The notes under the pieces: model-generated
What the model was told of the DNA's origin: nothing
The model's input: only the letters and a program-made list of their open reading frames with translations
Database searches by the model: none
From: Candidatus Poribacteria bacterium
Lineage (GTDB): Bacteria > Poribacteria > WGA-4E > WGA-3G
Direction: 5' to 3'
Assembly: GCA_965242965.1 (NCBI GenBank)
Contig: OZ251518.1
Location: 1,472,001-1,536,000, forward strand
Length of the DNA stretch: 64,000 nucleotides
Translations under genes and position numbers: made by a program
Part shown: positions 29,301-38,531 of the stretch, in pieces
How the letters are laid out: each line of letters starts with the position of its first letter
Numbering within the stretch: position 1 is the stretch's first letter

Positions 29301-30657
29301 TTGACCATCGCTGACCCGCGTCAAATTCAGCAGAAGTATCACCAAATGGCACGGCGAATCCAAACTCCTGCTCGTGCAGGGCTGTGATGTCCTCGTACGT
29401 GTGACCGTGGGGCTCGGCCTCCCCTTCCCGTTTGGGGTACACGCCATAGAAATCAGCGTATTCGTAATTAAAACCGAAACCCGGCCTGTATGGGACATTG
29501 AACGGGGCCACGGTAGTGCCCATCCCGGCCAACCACTCGCCCAAGGCATTCAAGGACTCATGCGCCTTTGTCACCTTAAATTGGTAGACGATGGTATGGT
29601 AACCATCCACACCCGGATGCCCCCACTCCGTACCGGTAACCGAATGGTCGGCATGGAGGTAGTTGACGCGGCCATTCTGTCGTATCCGTTCCAGTGGATA
29701 ATTGGGATTCAGTATCCCTACCCCCTCAATGCCCACGGCTGCAACTATCATCCCGCCGGCGATTTCCCTGTCGGTGCCGGCATTGCGCGCCCAGACAGTG
29801 TTTACCGGGTTCGCCTTTTCACCGTCATTGAACAATAATGGCAAAAAATTCTCCGTCCAGTCGACGGTCCGGGGCTTGTCAACGTCAACTGGATAGTGAT
29901 TGTTGACATGCAAGAGTGGCGGAAGATTTTTAACCGGATCAGCCATACTCACAGGATCAGGACCAGGCTTAGGCGTTATGAATTCCCTTACCGCTTCACA
30001 GTAACGAAGTTTGACGTTGATGGCAATGGCGACGATATCCCCGGGGACCACCGTATCATTTTGCCCGGGCATGACATGCCCACTGTTGCCGGGTTTGTCC
30101 GGATCTTCTTCCAGTTCGCCGCTCGTCGGATCGATATCAACCCAGAAGTAGGTGTCCGCCTCGCTTGCCAGTTGCGCTGTGCCCTGCCAGAGCGGCTCAT
30201 AGTCCTTCCATAAGGATGGGAACAGCCGCGCGCGCCGATTTGGAAAACCGGGCGGCGTAACAACAGGATTCGTCTCAGGGCCGCCGGGCCCGCGAGTATA
30301 GGTACCAACCTGCTGCAGCTCTCCCAGCTTCGTGAGCTCTCCCACCTTCGTGGTTTTCGGATTTTTATAGACCCGTATCCACTGAATGTCAAAATAATCC
30401 GGCGGGATAGCTGTCAACTCGCCACCAAAGAATTTGTCAATACCAACAGCATGCGAGTGGCCGTGTGGCGAATTATCCGGCAGGTTAAACCCTGTCTTTC
30501 CGATCGCATGGACTGCCAAGGGCCGGTTCAACCACTCAAGACCGAAGTAATCACCGTTATCATCCTCGACATCGCCTCGCGTCCATGTGTCGTGGCTCTC
30601 TCCCGGCGGTGCAAGCACCGTCAGCACACCGAATGTGAGCAGTAGGCAGCCTATCAA
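26323..30657 (-). CDS. Giant secreted protein with Ig-like and two lamin-tail domains; true start may be 30889 across a frameshift
   Basis: 1444 aa; IVFNE..DWLEFRN and TISEIMF..QWIELYN lamin-tail motifs; LPVELSSF..WTTESEVDNAGF domain; LTTFGEVK tail. Confidence 0.88.
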   Translation of the reverse strand: MIGCLLLTFGVLTVLAPPGESHDTWTRGDVEDDNGDYFGLEWLNRPLAVHAIGKTGFNLPDNSPHGHSHAVGIDKFFGGELTAIPPDYFDIQWIRVYKNPKTTKVGELTKLGELQQVGTYTRGPGGPETNPVVTPPGFPNRRARLFPSLWKDYEPLWQGTAQLASEADTYFWVDIDPTSGELEEDPDKPGNSGHVMPGQNDTVVPGDIVAIAINVKLRYCEAVREFITPKPGPDPVSMADPVKNLPPLLHVNNHYPVDVDKPRTVDWTENFLPLLFNDGEKANPVNTVWARNAGTDREIAGGMIVAAVGIEGVGILNPNYPLERIRQNGRVNYLHADHSVTGTEWGHPGVDGYHTIVYQFKVTKAHESLNALGEWLAGMGTTVAPFNVPYRPGFGFNYEYADFYGVYPKREGEAEPHGHTYEDITALHEQEFGFAVPFGDTSAEFDAGQRWSTFLDPSALLEAGVELEPYPDSPDPDKADEYRHHRLRLGGGSTIYRKGADFKFKPEHFDRNGDGILDYLPVIDDVVNFVSPTVRPAAGTLALTLLELTEQSRTNKDGRVDHYTVSAGFYALHEETEFPHHFPPTYDTAKGTIAYPTIVPDPVAAMTEIVDVPSGTQTGTFTVTLRFQEDYGAAGQTAAYHDATSEELLATLQTALAAGVEGGTVTVSRLGAADAWLRYQVRVVPALGFKGELTFQVPADTVFAHDPAIGNLASNTVTVQIDTVQVVADEIKVVEPEGGAYLAGSEITVEVPFAQDGLTYEGENPPYVTIYLGAREAANARHAVWQQGEERSGSTIVPFAYVLQATDPPAASVSVEIDSINSLAVPRETTLKASSGLERRGTADPAMAPGQAAPISDSPSQPTKTFDVAVTPVVYIPQDDTVSKAVASTVPRSPIVFNELGNGSEATNDWLEFRNVTGSDVSLKDWELSVVADGKKEDTSLIVFPDVSVPANGLLLITNSASDKTPLAGGAQKGLSHASLVDAGLSLPDDGKFLLILRNAKEKLGLDEAFIDVAGGGGSDTDAFVRDETGDYDTHVWPLQVLESPGDATEDALSSGKVWQRAKADLIGYHRDAWAEAAFTGIGYDRKVTQSPATAGTPGYPNGAVKTEASTPKGAVTISEIMFDSEGGTLPQWIELYNKSKTEALNLNRWQLEIQNRNSGDLVGRPIVTLTLQEKVIQPNQTLLIVAGDARASSTDVFPEDRVYNLLELHEKNLRIKTARDTFLSGEGFYLKLSDRNGTKIDEVGNIDDNRRTDDAPVWVWPTNRRDGARSSVVRRYDKGAVARDGMLKSNWALAAHFNKFKVESLHYGHADDIGTPGYRQGGALPVELSSFTLTRTDAGPVVVSWTTESEVDNAGFNLRRSLKRDSGFTLLNPVLIAGAGTTGERQTYTFTDTSAKPGVEYYYQIEEVSLGGRPEVLRTRYLPGPVSPANRSLTTFGEVKQRE

Positions 30658-30944
30658 AACGGGATGGATGCGCGCGGCGGACCGCGGGTGTCCCCCGTCC
30701 TTCTGCGCCTTCCTGCTGAGAGCCGCAGGAGTTAACGCGCGTAGATGAGAGGGGGGTCTTCAGGTTGGATGCGTCACCGGCGGGCGCATGCGCGCGGAAT
30801 CTTTGCAGCGGGTGCTGCAATAACGCGGTGACGGTAGGTTTCAGGCGGACAGCAATGCCCGCGAAAATCGAAAACAATAGGAATCTCACTGTTTTATCTC
30901 CTTTAAATTGATGTAAAAATGATTGAAAATTAAACACTGTATTA

Positions 30945-30973
30945 ATTATACCATTTTTTTACGTTTTTGTCAA
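30945..30973 (-). promoter_or_regulatory. Consensus sigma70 promoter TTGACA-N17-TATAAT with extended -10
   Basis: Minus strand reads TTGACAaaaacgtaaaaaaatggTATAAT. Confidence 0.8.
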
Positions 30974-30984
30974 ATTAAAAAATA

Positions 30985-31580
30985 TGAGCAGGATTTTGAG
31001 CAGGATTTACAAGATTAGGCAAGATTAGGAGCAGGATTTACAAGATTTTCAAGATTAGGCAAGATTAGTCCGTAGCGCGGGGGCCTGTCCCCCGCGATCG
31101 TTCACGTGCCCAGAGACCGTAGTTCGGGATCGCCTGATCCCGAACGGACCTTGAGGAGAACCCCTTCCTGGCCCGTAGCGCGGGGGCCTGTCCCCCGCGA
31201 TCACTCGCATAAGAAAACACCTCTTCAGGTCCTTTAGGTCCTGCATGTCTATAGTATCCGCGGATCGAAAAAAGCCCTAAGGTCCTTTAGGTCCTTAATA
31301 TGTAGCACACGCAACGCCGCCGGAAAACATTAAGGTCCTAAAGGACCTTGAGGACGCAGCGGCTTGCGCGTGCTATAGACATTAAGGTCCTAAGGACCTT
31401 GAAGAGACCGTAGTTCGGGATCCCCTGCTCCCGAACGGGTCAAGAGCAGGCACTCTTGCCCTACAGAGGGGATGCGCGCTCGCATGCCCGATGGCACGGC
31501 GAGGGACAGGCCCTCGCGCTACGGTAAAGGGAGACGGCCTCCCCTACCGTAGCGCGGGGGCCTGTCCCCCGCGATCGTTC
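30985..31580. repeat. CAGGATT/CAAGATT micro-repeat tract plus REP array
   Basis: Same architecture and orientation as 25773-26313. Confidence 0.88.
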
Positions 31581-31612
31581 AACCTGCGTGAAAACCGCAC
31601 GCCGCCCAAGGC

Positions 31613-32560
31613 CTATTTTCTTCGCCACCAACCCGTTTTGCCCTGATACGATGCCAGCAGCTTTGAAATCGCCCTGTCCTTTTTCTCCTGCAGCACCGCC
31701 TCGCAAGCACGAATCACCTTTTGCTTTGCCGTTTCATCTTGCGTGCGGGAATAGACGTGATGATAACTCTGCGCAACAACGGCATGATAAGCCGCGCTGT
31801 CTACACCCGCCGGCACTTCATCGGGGAGTTCGGCGAGACACGCCACCGCCTCATCCCACGCCTCGGCGTTCGCATAACATATCACTTTGTGATACAACGG
31901 CGCGGGTTGCGAATCGTCAAGCCAATACGCCTGCTCATAACAGGTTACCGCCTCGGTATAGGCATCGTTGACGGCGTGCAATTGGGCGAGCTCGGTATAG
32001 AAGGCGTAAAGTCCGCGGGTTGTTATCGTGTAAAGTTCCGCGCCTGTCCCGATGAGCCATTCCCTTTCCAACAGGAATTCGATGGCGGAATTCACTTCAT
32101 CCTCGGTAATGCGGATATCGGTGAGGAGGTGCTTCGCTACGGCGGCGTTCGGGAAAATCTTGGTGCGGCTCTTCAGCAGGGGGTAAGCCTGAACAGGTTT
32201 ATCCATCGCCAGCAGTTTGATCCCAGTGGCGATACGGAAGAGGGAGACGATCGCGTCGCTGTTTTTGCGTGACATCTCATCGGCGACGAATTCTCGATGC
32301 TGCGAGAAGTGTTGATTGAGTTCGTCTATCGCGCTACGGATATCGGCGTTCTCCGGTTCAAGCTGATGCGCTTGTGCGAGAAACCGTTGCGCCGCGAAGA
32401 GTTCGTTCCATTCGCGGTAGATAGCACCGAGTCGGAAATTGGCGTGCGCAAGCGTCGCCGTTTCGTCAGTTGTGCCGAGAAGGGTATCGTAAGCACAAAT
32501 CGCTTCGGCGAGGGATCCCTCAGTCTCTAGCGTTTGGGTGTGGTGAATTGCGTTTTGCAT
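31613..32560 (-). CDS. TPR-repeat protein
   Basis: AHANFRLGAIY..AQRFLAQAHQLEPEN; YTEAVTCYEQAYWLD; start MQNAIH. Confidence 0.8.
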   Translation of the reverse strand: MQNAIHHTQTLETEGSLAEAICAYDTLLGTTDETATLAHANFRLGAIYREWNELFAAQRFLAQAHQLEPENADIRSAIDELNQHFSQHREFVADEMSRKNSDAIVSLFRIATGIKLLAMDKPVQAYPLLKSRTKIFPNAAVAKHLLTDIRITEDEVNSAIEFLLEREWLIGTGAELYTITTRGLYAFYTELAQLHAVNDAYTEAVTCYEQAYWLDDSQPAPLYHKVICYANAEAWDEAVACLAELPDEVPAGVDSAAYHAVVAQSYHHVYSRTQDETAKQKVIRACEAVLQEKKDRAISKLLASYQGKTGWWRRK

Positions 32561-32565
32561 ATCGG

Positions 32566-32781
32566 TTATGACAGTTCCGGGGCAGTGAGCCATTCTTCTG
32601 TCGCAGCGGCGAATGCCTCGGAAAGTTCCGTAGAGACGGTCTGCTCCAGCACCTGAACCAGGTCTTCGCGAAATTTCGCCCAATCGCTGCCGCGGCGCGT
32701 ATACCGAAGCCTATCGTCAATTTCGACAAACATGGTGTCGTTTGGTGTGGACATGGATTCAAAATAACGGGTGACATTCAT
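32566..32781 (-). CDS. Small hypothetical protein
   Basis: AAAGGAG RBS, 71 aa, tightly packed in the gene run. Confidence 0.65.
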   Translation of the reverse strand: MNVTRYFESMSTPNDTMFVEIDDRLRYTRRGSDWAKFREDLVQVLEQTVSTELSEAFAAATEEWLTAPELS

Positions 32782-32863
32782 GAATTTTTCTCCTTTAGTC
32801 GGGCGGATATGAACGACATCCGCCTTTACAGTTTGGTGGTTGCATCCTACAACTAACTGCCGC

Positions 32864-33565
32864 TTACCATTCACGCATTTCCCATCCGGCGGCGATTGCT
32901 TTCTCGCGGAGGGATTTTCCCGGGTTCACCACCACGGGATTGCCGACGCATGCTAACATCGGCAGGTCAGACTGACTATCGCCGTAGGCGTAACAATTCT
33001 CTAATGCGATGCCGTGTTCTTCGGCGAAGGCTTTCATCGCTTTCGCCTTCTCCTCACCGATGAGTGGCGGTGTTGTCAGTTCACCGGTGAACCGCCCGGC
33101 TTCTTCGCGGAGCTGCGGTGCTAACACGGAGTCAACGTCAAGGAATTCGGCAAGCGGTTGGATAATAAAATCCAGCGAACCGGTCACGAGGACGATTGCC
33201 GTGCCTTGCTCCTTGTGTTCCTGAATTTGCGATATGGCGGCGGGAAAGATTTTGGCGCGCAGATAGTCCTCAAACATTTCCTGAGATAACGCCTTCACGC
33301 TTTCCGCGTCCATCCCGCGGTAGTTTTGATAGAATACCTCGTTGAACCGCGTTCTGCTAATCCGGTCCAAAATCAGGTAATGAACGATTTTGGGGAGGAA
33401 TGCTGCCAACCACAACGGTTTCAAAAAGCGCGCCAGTTTTGCCGTGCGCAACCAGATGTAGTAATGCACAATCGTGGACTCCAAGAGCGTGCCATCTACG
33501 TCAAAGAACGCTATGGTTTTTTGTCCTTTTGCATTGCTTTCGTTAACTGTGGTTGGTGGAATCAC
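32864..33565 (-). CDS. HAD-IB family hydrolase
   Basis: FFDVDGT, VTGS, GEEK, YGDSQSDLPML. Confidence 0.92.
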   Translation of the reverse strand: MIPPTTVNESNAKGQKTIAFFDVDGTLLESTIVHYYIWLRTAKLARFLKPLWLAAFLPKIVHYLILDRISRTRFNEVFYQNYRGMDAESVKALSQEMFEDYLRAKIFPAAISQIQEHKEQGTAIVLVTGSLDFIIQPLAEFLDVDSVLAPQLREEAGRFTGELTTPPLIGEEKAKAMKAFAEEHGIALENCYAYGDSQSDLPMLACVGNPVVVNPGKSLREKAIAAGWEMREW

Positions 33566-33622
33566 GTCTTCCTCCGTATCTCCGCATGCGCTGTTGTTGC
33601 ATGCTAGGTTCTTGCGTTAATT

Positions 33623-34192
33623 GAGGGTGTTTCATAAATCGCTCAACGTCGCGGTGACAGGCCCTTGCTACGGCGAAAAACGCCGCCCCTTTACGTAGGG
33701 CGAGGGCCTGTCCCTCGCCATCGTCCGCGCAATCCAACGATCGCGGGGGACAGGCCCCCGCGCTACGGTAACGGGACGGTTTCTTCACAAAACGGCCCCT
33801 TTCATCGTAGGGCGAGGGCCTGTCCCTCGCCGTGCCCCGGTCTGCGCAGCAACCATCCGGGGTCTCTGGGCTGCGGCCGTTTTCCGCAGCGGTCGAGAGA
33901 TCGCGGGGGACAGGCCCCCGCGCTACGGGTGGAGAACCCCCCTTCACCGTAGGGCGAGGGCCTGTCCCTCGCCATGCACGATCTGAGCATCAAGCATCCG
34001 TGGTACCTGGGCTGCGGGCGTTTTCCGCGGCGGTTGCGAGATCGCGGGGGACAGGCCCCCGCGCTACGGGCGGAGAAAAGCCCCCCTTCACCGTAGGGCG
34101 AGGGCCTGTCCCTCGCCATCGCTCGCGCTACGGGAACATCGAGACCAGGATAGCTCTCCTACCGGGAAGACATCGAGATATGAAACATCCTC
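33623..34192. mobile_element. Capped REP cassette (MITE-like, non-autonomous)
   Basis: TTAAtt-GAGGGTGTTTCATA ... TATGAAACATCCTC-agTTAA enclosing alternating hairpins. Confidence 0.7.
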
Positions 34193-37100
34193 AGTTAATT
34201 TTTTTCCTATGCGTTGATAGGGTTGCGCCAAGTGCTGCGACTCGGCTTTGAGCCTGTTCAAGAAAAACTTGGTATTTGTCCGCGTCTCTATGCGTTTCGC
34301 GGGTGTGCATATCAAAAGTCAACGGCGCGCCGAAAACTATCCGCACGGGATGCTTTTTTGGCAGATTTTTCCCCTTCGGCAGCGCGCGATAGGTGCCGTC
34401 TATATACGCCGGGATAATCGGCACGTCAGGCGCATAAATCAGCAGACTAAGCACACCCTGTTTGAACGGCTGGAGGTTCCCGTCAAGCGAACGAGTGCCT
34501 TCGGGGAAGACGAGCAGTCCATTGTTTTGCGCCATTACCTCGTTTGCTACGCGCAAATCTTGGAGGAACTCGGTGAAGTTCCCTTCACGTTCGATCGGCA
34601 AAGCGTTGAGACAGGTGCGCGCAAACCAGCCTTGCAGACGGTTGCCGAACCAATAATCGCGCGCCGCAAGTGTCCAGAGCTGATACGCCTTCGGACCGAG
34701 GGCGGTTATCACCGCTAGCGTATCTAAATGACTGGTATGATTCGGCGTGATGATATACGGCTTCCCCTGCGGGATATGCTCCAGCCCGTGGCACTCCAGA
34801 GAGAAATAGTGCTTATAGATGCCGCGGACAATGGCGCGGAAGGCGCGCGCATACCACCGCGGCACCTGCCGAAAATCGAGTGCCTCCACAGGCTCGCGAG
34901 GTTCTGTGCCATTTTCGACATCCGAGGCGTGGAACGTCTGTGTCAATTCAACGACATCGCCGACTGTCTGTAAATTGGCGAGCATCGCGTCGGGGATGGT
35001 GTGGCCGAGGCGCGCCTCAAGCAGAAGCAGCAGATCCAAGCGCATGAGCGAATCTAACCCCAGGTCTGTATCTAAACGGCTTTCTGGGCGAATTTGGTTT
35101 ATGCCGAGGCGCGCCAACCGCGCTAGCGACGTTAAAATTTCTTCCGGAACATCCGCTGAAGGTTCAATTTCGTCATCTGCAGACGCGCTTTCTACGCGGG
35201 CAAGGTGCGCCTGAAGCATCGCCTTGACACGCTGCCTATCCGGAATGCCATCGGCAGTCTTCGGTAGTGCTTCTTCCCACAGATGCGTTTTGTGAAAGTG
35301 TTGATAACTGGGTAGCTGTTTGGCGCGCGCCTGAAGGTGTTGTTGAATTGCCTCTTCGGTTACGCGCGAGGCTGTCTCTGTAGGCACAATCACGGCGTGA
35401 ATGGCGGTATCGCTGCTGTCTTCATAAGGGATGCCGACGACGCACATCTCCGAAATCGCCGAATGATTCCGATAAAGTGCCTCCAATTCAACAGGATACA
35501 CATTTTTGCCGGCGGCCGGGACGATAATATCCTTGCAATGTCCCGTGATATAGAGGTATCCGTCCGCGTCCAGGAACCCCAGGTCTCCCGTATAGAGCCA
35601 TCCATCGCGAATGGATTTCGCCGTAGCGTTCGGATTCTCGTAGTATCCCTTCATCGTGCTGGGGCCTTTGGCGATAATCTCGCCGATGCCGTTGCTGTCA
35701 GGATCGTGGATGTGGAGTTCCACGCCTTCCACCGCCTGTCCGACAGAGCCTCGCTTGCTTTTCAGATACGGATTAACGCTGAGGACCGGGGCGGTTTCTG
35801 TCATTCCATAGCCTTGGTAAAGCGTGAGTCCAAGTGCCTGAAATTCATCGTAGATTGCGTCGGAGAGCGCGGCACCGCCGCTGACAAGCACCCGAATCTC
35901 GCCGCCCATAACGTTGCGTGCCTTCTCAGCCAAAGTTTGCCCCGGCGTTTCTGCCCGCGATGCCTGCCGTTTGATAGTGCTTTGGAGCATCTGAAAGAGG
36001 CGTGGCACGCCGATGAAGGCGGTGATTTTCGCCTCTCGCATCGTCTTGAGGAGCGTAGTCGGACGGAGCGCGTTGACGTAAATCGCCGTGGTGCCGCTAT
36101 AAAGTGCCATCAACAGACTGCACGAGAAACTCAAGGCGTGATACAGCGGGAGCGCGGAGAGGATGCGTTCGTTATCCTTCGGCGGCAGTGCCTTCGCAAC
36201 GGCGCGAACGTTAGAAATAAACCCACCGTGCGTCAACATCGCGCCTTTCGCGTCCACCGTCGTTCCCATCGTGAAAATAATCGAAGCGACGGTATCCGGC
36301 GTAATCTCCACGTTCGGGAAATCGGTAGGCATCTCCGATGTCGTTGTCAGTTCGTTGATGTTCTGCACCTGCGGTTTTGCCGATGCTAATTCGTCGCTGT
36401 ATTTCGCCAAGACGCTATCGGATACCAAAATGGATTTGGCTTCGGTGAATTCAGCGATGGCTAAGATTTCGGATGCCGGCGTTTGCGCGTCAAGTGGGAC
36501 TACTGCCGTACCGAGTTGGACAGCGGCGAGATAGGCGATGCACCACTCCGGCTGGTTCTCCGAAACGAGCAGGGCCCTGTCCCCTTTGCGGAGGCCGCTC
36601 TGCCACAATTGATACGCCGTTTGGCGCGAACGTTCGTAGGTTTCCGCGTAGGTATATTGCTCCCACTCCCCATCGTTTACCATCAGCAGCGCGATGTTGT
36701 TGGGAATGCGCTTTGCCTGTATCTCAACCAAATCGACGATGGTTTTCGGTGAAATCCGCTCGATCGGGTTCTCGGCATCCGTAGGAGAGACATCCCGCTC
36801 TTGATGGCTCCCCCGTGAAATCCTGTCAATGGGGTTTTCGGCATCCGGAGGAACTGTTTCAGTTGTTTCAGTCGATGCTTCCGCTTCATCGTCGGCATCG
36901 GATTGACTCTGTCGCGCCGAGGGAGTTTCACCTGCGGTTGGCTCTTCCAGTTTCAGCACGTGCCGCTTGATGCCGGGAATGTGGATTTCCTGGAAATACT
37001 GCTTCCAGTGGATCTGCGAGACATCAAAGTTAAAGCGTTGCTGTTCAGGCGGGGAGAGTGCCTCCCAGAGTGCCTGCGTTTTCCGCGTCTCGAATTCAAA

Positions 37101-38531
37101 GTTGGTGCGGGTGTAGGGCGCGTAAATACGGATGTAGTGGAGCAGTGCCTTGATACTGCTCTGCTTCACGACAAGTCTGCGGCGGCGGCGTTTTGCGGCG
37201 CGCAACGGCAACCGCGCGAGTGCCTGAATTGCCTTGTCAAGCATCCGCATCCGGCTGTCCAATTTCCGCTGAAATTCCGCTAAACTGGGATACTGCCAGA
37301 CAGGCACCTGAATCGGTTTGCCGTTTTCTAGCATAGGATTTTCGACAAAATAGTCGTAGGTTGCGTCAACGATGCCGCGGAAATAGAGGGGGTTCTGCGT
37401 GCCGGTAGCAACGTGATATACCTCAATCCCGCCGTTCCGCACAGTGGCTTCGGCGGCCGCCAACATGGCGTTCACAACGAAATCAACGGGGATAATATCA
37501 AGGATAATATCCGGTTCTGCCGGAAAATCAGGTAAACGTCCCTTTGCAAAACCGACAATCAGCGGTTCTGACATCCGAAACTTGCCGAGCCATCCCGGCA
37601 CGGGTTCCGCGAGACTGCTCTCAATGATGGAAGGACGGATAATCGCCGTGGGCAGTTCGCCGCGCAATTCTATCACCATCTGTTCGGCGAGGAATTTCAT
37701 GTAGGTATAGGTATCGTTCCACCCGCGCGAACGCGCATGCTTCAACCCTGCCTCTACCAATTCCGCTTCAAGCCATTCGGCTTGTGCCTCGTTAACTCGC
37801 GCTTCAAGTTTCTTGCGGCTGCCCTGTTTATTCTGCTCCGCCTCTCGTTGAAACTGCGCGCGGCGTTCCGGTGAGTCCGCCTCGGCGTGGATTGCCGCGC
37901 TCAAGGCATGCAACTCCTCAACTTCCGCCGAGAGCGTTTGCGGGATGGCAACGCCTGTTTTCTCCTGATGTTGCTTGGCGTAGACTTCATAAGGCGGCGG
38001 GAGCTCCTCCTGCACGCGCCCCGGAGTGTCACCGCAAACATACGCCGTTGAGACATGCAGAAATGCAGCGTTCTGGCAGCCCTTCGCGAAGGTGACGACG
38101 TGCTTGGCGGCCAAAGCGTTGCCCCTTAACGATTCGTCAAACGGCGGATCGAATTGAACAACACCGGCGATGTTAATGAAGAGCTCCACTTCGCCTTGCA
38201 GCCGTTGGTATTCTGCGTCGCCGAGACCGAGGCGTTCGTCCGTGAGCTCGCCTTCAACGGCGAACAACTTCTGCTTCGCCCACGCATCAAAATTTGCGCC
38301 GTGGTGTTGGCGGAGAGACGCAAACACATCCGAGGTTAACAACTCGTTTTCTAACCGTTCTTGTGCCGAGATGCGTCTCCCACTGGCATCGGCGCGGCAT
38401 CGGATGAGCAGATACATTTTATGGACATCGGGAAGCGCGGTCAGAATTTTGGCAACCATCGGCTGACCGAGGAAGGCGGTGCCGCCCGTAATGAAGAGAA
38501 CCTTCCCGCGAAAAAAATCGGCTATTGACAT
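34191..38531 (-). CDS. ElbD-like multidomain enzyme: fatty acyl reductase + adenylation + carrier + acyltransferase
   Basis: TGGTAFLG/HVSTAYV/YTYMK (reductase), YQGYGMTE/TGDLG (AMP-binding), LGLDSL (carrier serine), NHTSHLD/FPEGTRS (PlsC-type acyltransferase). Confidence 0.9.
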   Translation of the reverse strand: MSIADFFRGKVLFITGGTAFLGQPMVAKILTALPDVHKMYLLIRCRADASGRRISAQERLENELLTSDVFASLRQHHGANFDAWAKQKLFAVEGELTDERLGLGDAEYQRLQGEVELFINIAGVVQFDPPFDESLRGNALAAKHVVTFAKGCQNAAFLHVSTAYVCGDTPGRVQEELPPPYEVYAKQHQEKTGVAIPQTLSAEVEELHALSAAIHAEADSPERRAQFQREAEQNKQGSRKKLEARVNEAQAEWLEAELVEAGLKHARSRGWNDTYTYMKFLAEQMVIELRGELPTAIIRPSIIESSLAEPVPGWLGKFRMSEPLIVGFAKGRLPDFPAEPDIILDIIPVDFVVNAMLAAAEATVRNGGIEVYHVATGTQNPLYFRGIVDATYDYFVENPMLENGKPIQVPVWQYPSLAEFQRKLDSRMRMLDKAIQALARLPLRAAKRRRRRLVVKQSSIKALLHYIRIYAPYTRTNFEFETRKTQALWEALSPPEQQRFNFDVSQIHWKQYFQEIHIPGIKRHVLKLEEPTAGETPSARQSQSDADDEAEASTETTETVPPDAENPIDRISRGSHQERDVSPTDAENPIERISPKTIVDLVEIQAKRIPNNIALLMVNDGEWEQYTYAETYERSRQTAYQLWQSGLRKGDRALLVSENQPEWCIAYLAAVQLGTAVVPLDAQTPASEILAIAEFTEAKSILVSDSVLAKYSDELASAKPQVQNINELTTTSEMPTDFPNVEITPDTVASIIFTMGTTVDAKGAMLTHGGFISNVRAVAKALPPKDNERILSALPLYHALSFSCSLLMALYSGTTAIYVNALRPTTLLKTMREAKITAFIGVPRLFQMLQSTIKRQASRAETPGQTLAEKARNVMGGEIRVLVSGGAALSDAIYDEFQALGLTLYQGYGMTETAPVLSVNPYLKSKRGSVGQAVEGVELHIHDPDSNGIGEIIAKGPSTMKGYYENPNATAKSIRDGWLYTGDLGFLDADGYLYITGHCKDIIVPAAGKNVYPVELEALYRNHSAISEMCVVGIPYEDSSDTAIHAVIVPTETASRVTEEAIQQHLQARAKQLPSYQHFHKTHLWEEALPKTADGIPDRQRVKAMLQAHLARVESASADDEIEPSADVPEEILTSLARLARLGINQIRPESRLDTDLGLDSLMRLDLLLLLEARLGHTIPDAMLANLQTVGDVVELTQTFHASDVENGTEPREPVEALDFRQVPRWYARAFRAIVRGIYKHYFSLECHGLEHIPQGKPYIITPNHTSHLDTLAVITALGPKAYQLWTLAARDYWFGNRLQGWFARTCLNALPIEREGNFTEFLQDLRVANEVMAQNNGLLVFPEGTRSLDGNLQPFKQGVLSLLIYAPDVPIIPAYIDGTYRALPKGKNLPKKHPVRIVFGAPLTFDMHTRETHRDADKYQVFLEQAQSRVAALGATLSTHRKKIN

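Noticed and set aside
35337-36389. 350-aa plus-strand ORF, and similar ones such as 40617-41507 and 28246-28944
   Set aside because: Antisense shadows of well-supported genes in GC-rich DNA.
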